From Chrysomallon squamiferum (Eukaryota; Animalia; Mollusca): a stretch of 64,000 nucleotides of DNA. Shown here in pieces: positions 56,750-64,000 of the stretch. Position 1 is the stretch's first letter. Each line of letters opens with the position of its first letter. The stretch lies in the NCBI GenBank assembly GCA_012295275.1, contig CM022678.1, positions 12,028,001-12,092,000 of the forward strand. The letters run 5' to 3'. The notes beneath the pieces are model-generated. The model did not search any database. It was not told the DNA's origin and was given only the letters and a program-made list of their open reading frames with translations. The position numbers were made by a program, and so were the translations under genes.

Positions 56750-57028
56750 TTCCTTACCTTAGTCTTAAGAAATGAAAAATTTATGATGTGTCTGGAAGTA
56801 TTTATAAAGCTGTATGATGTGTGTGAGTTCTGTGTGTATTTTGTATGTTATTTATGTGAATATTTGACTGATTTAGGAATGAATATTCTGTAGCTTTATG
56901 TAGCTCTGTTTAGACTTTGACCAAATAGAAACACACTAAAATAAAAAGCAATGCCAAATCATGAGACAACAAATATGTCTTCAAGTTTTCATAAACATAT
57001 TTAGAGTGAATGTTATTAACAAAGCGTT
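44079..57028 (+). repeat. Tandem segmental duplication, copy 2 (12,950 bp)
   Basis: Junction aaagcgtt|atttaaactg at 44078/44079; the copy ends aaagcgtt|gattaaaa at 57028. It differs from copy 1 mainly in homopolymer and microsatellite lengths plus a few substitutions. Confidence 0.97.
53794..56165 (+). mobile_element. Duplicate of the Gypsy remnant at 40845-43215
   Basis: Near-identical ORF set (54693-55232, 55202-55576, 53739-54026) inside duplication copy 2. Confidence 0.9.
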
Positions 57029-57185
57029 GATTAAAATGGATTAATTTGTTTGTTTCGCTTAATGAAACCAGTTTATGTCATAACGTGTTTTATTATGGCT
57101 AGTTTGATAAGATTTTTAAGATAAAATATTAAATGAATTTTTAAAGAACTATTATTTATTGAGTGTTCATTTTGTAAAATTATTA

Positions 57186-57228
<43 letters not shown>

Positions 57229-57383
57229 GTCAGAAACTAGAATTAGCTGTGGAGGGTTACTGTGTCATTAGCAACAAGAGATCATAGTATATACCTTCCC
57301 ACAGATAGAATAGTATATAACAGTGTTTTAGTTACTGGCTAGAGTAAGAAGTGGTCTGATTTGTGTTCATCAAGAGAAAACAA

Positions 57384-57820
57384 TGCACTGCATGTTCCTG
57401 TCAGAAAAGTAAAGAAGAAATATTTATACATGAACTGCATGTTTCTGTCAGAAAAGTAAAGAAGAAATATTTATACATGTACTGCATGTTTCTGTCAGAA
57501 AAGTAAAGAAGAAATATTTATACATGTACTGCATGTTTCTGTCAGAAAAGTAAAGAAGAAATATTTATAAATGTACTGCATGTTCCTCTGTCAGAAAAGT
57601 AAAGAAGAAATATTTATAAATGTACTGCATGTTCCTGTCAGAAAAGTAAAGAAGAAATATTTATAAATGTACTGCATGTTCATGTTCCAAAGTGAAGAAA
57701 TATTTATAAATGTACTGCATGTTCCTCTGTCAGAAAAGTAAAGAAGAAATATTTATAAATGTACTGCATGTTCCTGTCAGACAAGTAAAGAAGAAATATT
57801 TATACATGTACTGCATGTTC
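57384..57820. repeat. 47-bp minisatellite, about 9 copies
   Basis: Unit gtactgcatgtt(c/t)ctgtcagaaaagtaaagaagaaatatttata(c/a)at with period 47 (57432, 57479, and onward). Confidence 0.95.
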
Positions 57821-59381
57821 ATCCTGTTCATTCTCAGTTTCATCCAGTTCCTTCTTATTATCATCCTGTTCATTCTCTGTTTCATCCAATTCCTTCTTAT
57901 TATCATCCTGTTCATTCTCTATTTCATCCAATTCTGTCTTATTATCATCCTGTTCATTTTCTGTTTCATCCAATTCCTTCTTATTATCATCCTGTTCATT
58001 CTCTGTTTCATCCAATTCCTTCTTATTATCATCCTGTTCATTCTCTGTGTCATCTAATTCCTTCTGACTATCACCCTGTTCATTTTCTGTGTCATCCAAT
58101 TCCTTCTTATTATCATCCTGTTCATTTACTGTTTCATCCAGTTCCTTCTTATTATCATCCTGTTCATTCTCTGTGTCATCTAATTCCTTCTTATTATCAT
58201 CCTGTTCATTCTCTGTTTCATCCAATTCCTTCTTATTATCATCCTGTTCATTCTGTTTCATCCAATTCCTTCTTATTATTATCCTGTTCTTTCTTACTAT
58301 TAATCTGTTCTTTCTTATTATCATCCTCTTCATTCTCTGTATCATCCAGTTCCTTCTTATTATCATCCTGTTCATTCTCTGTTTCGTCCAATTCCTTCTT
58401 ATTATCATCCTGTTCATTCTCTGTTTCGTCCAATTCCTTCTGACTATCATCCTGTTCATTCTGTCTATCTTCCATGTCCTTCTGTCTACCGACCAAGGCC
58501 TTTTTACTATCATACAGTTCTTTACCACTATTATCCAGATCATTTTGAAACTGTTGATTTGAACTGATGACCACAACTGGATGGGTCTGAATATTCCCTA
58601 CTTTCTCTTGGTGAAAGGTTTTGTCCTTCTGTCCTGTAGGTGCTACTGACCCACCAGCTAGAAAGATCTGGATAACAGTTGAGTTAGATGCATCAGTTGT
58701 GTTAAATCTGTCAGTTGATACAGGACTATGAATATCAGTGGGATTGCCAGTGTCAAGGCTAATGGCAACACTGAAATATCTGAGAGGGTTCAGAATGTCC
58801 ATTAAGCTGACTGTGTTTTGACTGCGGCTGTGACCAGAATCCATAGGAGCCCTGGGAATAGCACTGTTAAACTTAAAATCCAAGTCCAGATTGAGAGTAA
58901 GAAGATGTTTACTATGTCCTTTGTCTTTGATATCATCTTGCTGTTCAGTACCAGGTTTAGCTGTCTTGGCTTCTGTAATAAGCAAATTGAAGTAAAGAAA
59001 ATGTACTGAAAGGAATTGCTTGTTTTATGTGAAATGTTGTGATTTATCTAGTATCCCTTAGTGTAAATATGTTATTATCCTTTCCTTGTAGATTGCAAAC
59101 TTGTTTCTGATGATATAGTTACAGTTTTACTTTCAGTTTGGAGTTAACAATATTTATTATATAATTAGTTTTATTAACTGGCTAATTATCAATCACAGAT
59201 GAGCACCATATTTAATGTGTTTCACTCTTACAACTTTTCAGAAATTTTGTTCTTCATTTATAAAAATCTATATTTCACTGATATCTCCACTGAACTACTT
59301 AGTGAAAATGTAAGTTTAATTTGTCAGAATTTTATGTGTAATGGAACTTTCTAGTGGCTTCTTATTGGCTCAAAAATTGTG

Positions 59382-59421
<40 letters not shown>

Positions 59422-59454
59422 TGTGTGTATGTATGTCTGTCTGTCTGTGTGTGT

Positions 59455-59490
<36 letters not shown>

Positions 59491-59749
59491 GTAACAAAAA
59501 CGCAATAATAAAAAATAAAAAAAAAAATAAAAAAAAATAAAAATTAATAAAAAAAATAATACAAAGATGATGTGGATTAATCAAGATGTGAACAAGAATA
59601 TGATACTGTTAATTACAAATTTTACCTCTTTTGAACAGCACACTTGAATCTGAGTCCAGGACTGGTCTGAACTGTTTACTTAGAGAGTTATCTTTCTTGA
59701 TATAATCAACATTTCTTCTCTCTTCAGAGTGCTTTTCTTCCATATTTAT
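57800..59749 (-). CDS. Uncharacterised acidic protein with about 15 copies of ENEQDDNKKELDET; exons 59626-59749 and 57800-58972; 2-nt deletion near 58253
   Basis: Exon 59626-59749 (INMEEKHSEERRNVDYIKK..SVLFKR) has AG/GT ends and joins the acceptor at 58973 in phase 1 (G+AA = Glu). The frame is open to 58248, and the repeat continues in another frame to TAA at 57800. From the ATG at 59743 this gives 280 aa as read, or 430 aa if the 2 nt are restored. Confidence 0.65.
57820..58465 (-). repeat. 42-bp coding tandem repeat, about 15 copies
   Basis: Plus-strand unit atcatcctgttcattctctgtttcatccaattccttcttatt repeats across this interval. Confidence 0.95.
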
Positions 59750-60602
59750 CTATAAATAAACTTTGACACTTACCACAATCATCATCTTCATTTAATATGA
59801 GTTTGTGGGCATTGTTTTGTGTCTGTGTGTGCAGATGTTAAGTGTAAATATATATGTGTTTGTCTAAGTGTGTAGTATATGCTATGGGCATGTGTGTTTA
59901 TGTATATGTGTGTGTATATGTGTACTGGCCTGTGTTTGTGTTTAGGTGTGTGTGTATATGTGTACTGGCCTGTGTTTGTGTTTAGGTGTGTGTGTGTATA
60001 CTTGTAATGTTTAGTTTCTGTATTTTGTTTTCTATCATTCACAAATCTTTTAAAATGTATGAACCAACTGTTTCAATGAAGCTATAATATAAGAACAAAA
60101 AATATATAATTCAGATTATATTACACAAAATTATTATAAAATACATTCTGAATTAAAAGCCCATTTTCATTATTTATATTCATAATTATTTCATTCCAGG
60201 AATAAACATTTCTTAATTCAAATTTCCTTCTGTACCTCTGGCTGTGTATGTATTTTATTATTATTTATTTATTTATTAATTATTTTTTATACGAGTGGTT
60301 TCTAATGTTGTGGAGTATTTTTAAAGACAGAACAGATTTTTAGTATTTTCATTTAATTTCTTTTTATTCTTCATGTCTGTGTCGTTCTGTTTTCTTTCCT
60401 TCGCTCTGTCTCTGTTTTTTATTTATTTTGAGTTTTTTAAGTGTTTTTAGTTGTTTTTATATAGATTTTTATTTATAAAATGAATTAATGAAGAAAGGAA
60501 AATGTTAAATACATACTTCTGAATTGTTTTTGAATTTTTTTTTTTTTTTAATGATAATAAATACACAATGATAATAGCCCTGTCTCTGTTTTTAATTTAT
60601 TT

Positions 60603-60655
<53 letters not shown>

Positions 60656-62124
60656 GATTTTTTATTTATAAAATGAATTAATGAAGAAAGGAAAATGTTA
60701 CATACATACTTCTGAATTTTTTATTTGTTTTTTTTAAATAAAAAGTAACTATTTATAATTTGTGTCAGTGTTTTATCTCGTACAGGTTTGAATTAAAAAC
60801 TTAACCCCATGGCTGGGCCCCGCCCTGTTCAGATCAACAGAACCTGACCCCACAGTGACCTCAAAACTCTCAGCTAGACATACCCTGTACAGAGTCATCT
60901 CCCCTTACTGAACTACAGAACAAGAAATGGGTAGTTGTGTCAGTTTACATATATTACCAGTATTATATCTATGATTTAGTAATATGATTATTACCTTTCT
61001 AAATTTATCTATTTTATCATCACTGTTATTATTATTATTAGAGTTGTTTTTGAAAGAATTTGTATCCTTGATATTAATTTATTTATTTATTATATATATA
61101 TATATATATATTAATATGTATATGTTTATTATAATTTATTATCATTGTGTTTTTATTATCATTATTAATTTTATTATTAATTTATTTTCTTTCATAGTTT
61201 ATTCATTTATGTTTTTCTGTGTATGAGTTCTGAGAAGATAATTCACCAATTTTATTACAGCTTTTTTAACAGAGTTTATGAAAAAAATGTCTGACTGTTG
61301 TCAAATTCTTAACAGTAGCTGAAAGAATGACCGAGATAATTACTTCATCTTCAAGATTACACAAAAGACATTCAACCATCTTTTATCTGACATTTTATGA
61401 ACATCTTTCAAAAATCAGTGACTTTAAATTTCAGATACGTTGTTTTTCCATGTTGTTCAATAAAAAAAAGTAAAATGTTTTTCACAAATCCACTGCCAGA
61501 CTAGGATCCACTTATATGTGTTCACGCTCAACTGAATCTTAACTTGCACTGTGATATGAAAACAAAGATGAATCTTTAGTGATGTCACTGACTGTGCCAA
61601 AGAAAACCTTTTTAACAATGCTGAGTAAACTCGAGTTCACTGACTCACTGATAGAAGTGACTCTCATATTGCAATGCATTACCCCAAATAAACGTTTAGA
61701 TTTACCTCATTAGGTAATTTACCCCAGCCCTGGATCTAAAACATTCCTAGGTTATTAAATCTGTTATCAAATCTACTATAACATTTCTTTTTACCAGGAG
61801 TTTGATTATTTCTAAAAAAAATAAAAATAAAAAAATAAAAACCCAAATAACTATTAATGCTGTATTAAAGAAGATTGTTTTCAAATAACAAATATTAACC
61901 AGATACTTAACTTCATAATTATTTTTATTATGTAACTGTACACTGTCCATAGCCCAATCGTCCAAGTCCATCAAAAACTCTAAAGTAACATCCAATGTTA
62001 GAGAAAAAAAAAGATAAACAAATAATACAAGGGAGATCACTCCAGAGGCTTTCATGGCCAATCCTAACAGTTCTCTGTACAAATTTCAAGTATGTCAAAA
62101 ATGGCTGATAGACGACGATGCTGG

Positions 62125-62950
62125 TCATGTTTCCTTATCATCAGACTTTGTGAAGCGGTTGTCGTAGATGTGCATCAGTCTGCGCAGATCACGTTTGGGG
62201 TCCTCTTTGTTGCTGTAGAGTGGAAGAAATGTGATCACGCCATCGTACAGAATAGTTTTTTCTTCCTGATTATTTATATGTTTTATCTGAAATAAACAAA
62301 CACACAAGTGAAAAGATGACAATGTAATGGATAAACGAACAGTAATCAACAAACTGATGAATATATATAAGGGATAATTATATAGTAATAAATAAATAAA
62401 TAAATATATGAAATATATAAATAAATAAATAAATGAAAATAAATAAACTGATGAATAGATAATGGAGAAATACTCAATAATAAGTAAATAAAAGAGTAAA
62501 CAAACACATGTACAAACACACGTTCAAACAAATAAGAATTTCAATCTGTTTTGAACACCAGCTTTAAAAACGCATCAACACATCACAAACACATTTGAAA
62601 AAAATAAAATAAAAAGATAAAAAATAAATAAATGAAAAATGAAGAAACCAAAAAAATAAACCGTGTATGTATAGGGCTTATTTTTTGAATTAGAAAATAA
62701 GAAATATCTTGCAAACTTCTAATATATAAAAATTACTTAACTGAATAATAGTTAGAGACAGAGGACTCTGTATGTTAAGAAATAAGTGAGGATAAGCCGA
62801 CCTGTTTACGTATATATTCAACCATAAGAGCGATGTTGCCGGGATCAGTGTCTCGCTGCTCAAACAACGTCCTCCACACTGCTCCTGCCAACGTCTTGTC
62901 ATCTCCAAGTAAACCCTAAAACAAGATTTTAAATCAAAATACTTCCAACA

Positions 62951-62993
<43 letters not shown>

Positions 62994-63919
62994 ATAGATA
63001 GATAGATAGATAAAACAACCACTCTGGGGACAAACAGAAATTAGCTGTTTGACTTTGCTAAGAAAGAGGCTCAGAATCATCATTACTGTTGTCATCATCG
63101 CTTATGAGTTTATGGCAGACATCTTGAAACTGCATCTTTCAAAGCTCTTTCTTTTTATCATATTGGTTTCAATATCATATCCTTCCATGCAGTTCAAATC
63201 CAGTAAAATAACCTGAAGGATGTTGGTATCTTTCACAGTTGGATTCAATTTCTCCATCTTTGCAATAAAATGCTTGAGCTGTTTTTTGTGGTACTTTAGT
63301 TTCAGTGTTTGGATGCTGGGTTGGGACTTGCAAGTTAAATCTGGCACCAAGACAACAATTTTCATCTTTTCAAGTTGGATCTTCAGATGTGATGGGTTGT
63401 TAGAAACAATAGAATATTTTGACATTTAAATGATTTCTTTTATATATTTATTTATTTATTATTATTATTTTTTAAATCACTGTTCATCACTATTACAGCT
63501 CTTGTAAGTGACTGACCAGGTTTTAGGTTTAGGTTTTTGAAACATCTTTGTTTCTTTCATGAAAAGGACTGGTAACCCTTGCTTCTCCTAATGCACAAAT
63601 ACACAAAGTAAATGTACCAACACGCATCACAGAAATATATTTACCATAAGGAAGAAATGCTTTATAATACTACTTTTTTTTTTATCTACAGTTAAGAATA
63701 ATGAATGACAAGATAGGAATCCAACATCATCATGTAACTGCTTGCTTTTTTCAGTTTATAGGGATTCCATTAAAACAAACCCTATGTACATATGTATTCT
63801 GATATTTTAATTTAACTTAGGAATATTATATACTTTACCTCATCATAGGCAAAAAGAGAACCGAGGAAGACATTACCCAGTTCATCAATTCCATCTCGTC
63901 TTGCAGACCTGCTCACAGA
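62125..63919 (-). CDS. UQCC1: Ubiquinol-cytochrome c reductase complex assembly factor 1 (Cbp3 family), last three exons: 63839-63919, 62802-62915, 62125-62286; 5' exons lie beyond the window
   Basis: Phase-0 GT-AG joins give SVSRSARRDGIDELGNVFLGSLFAYDE|GLLGDDKTLAGAVWRTLFEQRDTDPGNIALMVEYIRKQ|IKHINNQEEKTILYDGVITFLPL...KET*. This matches the UQCC1 motif YDEG..SDD..LAAALWRT.F....D......VEYVRKQ. Confidence 0.92.
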
Positions 63920-64000
63920 CTGAAACAACAAAGCAATACAATTCAAACCAAATAAATATCATATAACTTTATATATTTACTCAGTTGTAATGATACAGTA

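Noticed and set aside
57710-58562. Plus-strand hydrophobic repeat ORFs (FIQFLLIIILFILC)
   Set aside because: Antisense frames of the 42-bp array; only the minus strand links to a unique ORF with splice sites.
60406-60720. Local direct duplication with a long poly-T run
   Set aside because: Ordinary AT-rich local duplication with no retrocopy body or TSD visible.
62690-63022. 110-aa ORF from the track
   Set aside because: Off-frame reading of the UQCC1 exon 62802-62915 plus intronic CA repeat.

Overview
AT-rich, microsatellite-dense eukaryotic genomic DNA with GT-AG introns; the gene and transposon content suggests an invertebrate, probably a mollusc (inference). Best-supported genes: (1) a two-coding-exon RING + coiled-coil + NHL-like beta-propeller gene (TRIM-like but with no B-box) at 11078-13145 (+), whose linker is a CA-microsatellite-like 24-aa repeat; (2) the last three exons of UQCC1/Cbp3 at 62125-63919 (-); (3) a two-exon gene for an acidic protein with about 15 copies of a 14-aa repeat (ENEQDDNKKELDET) at 57800-59749 (-), with a 2-nt frameshift in the array. 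Two intron-containing decayed genes lie on the minus strand: CAMSAP/Patronin-like (1-5325) and RI-like LRR (15386-25665). Mobile DNA includes a Harbinger fragment, three Gypsy remnants of one family and a 2.86-kb Sola2-like element with about 630-bp TIRs. About 40% of the window is a near-identical 12.9-kb tandem duplication (31161-44078 / 44079-57028), either recent or an assembly artefact. I found no CRISPR array, rRNA or tRNA, and no clearly new multi-gene system. All family assignments come from recalled motifs, not database searches.
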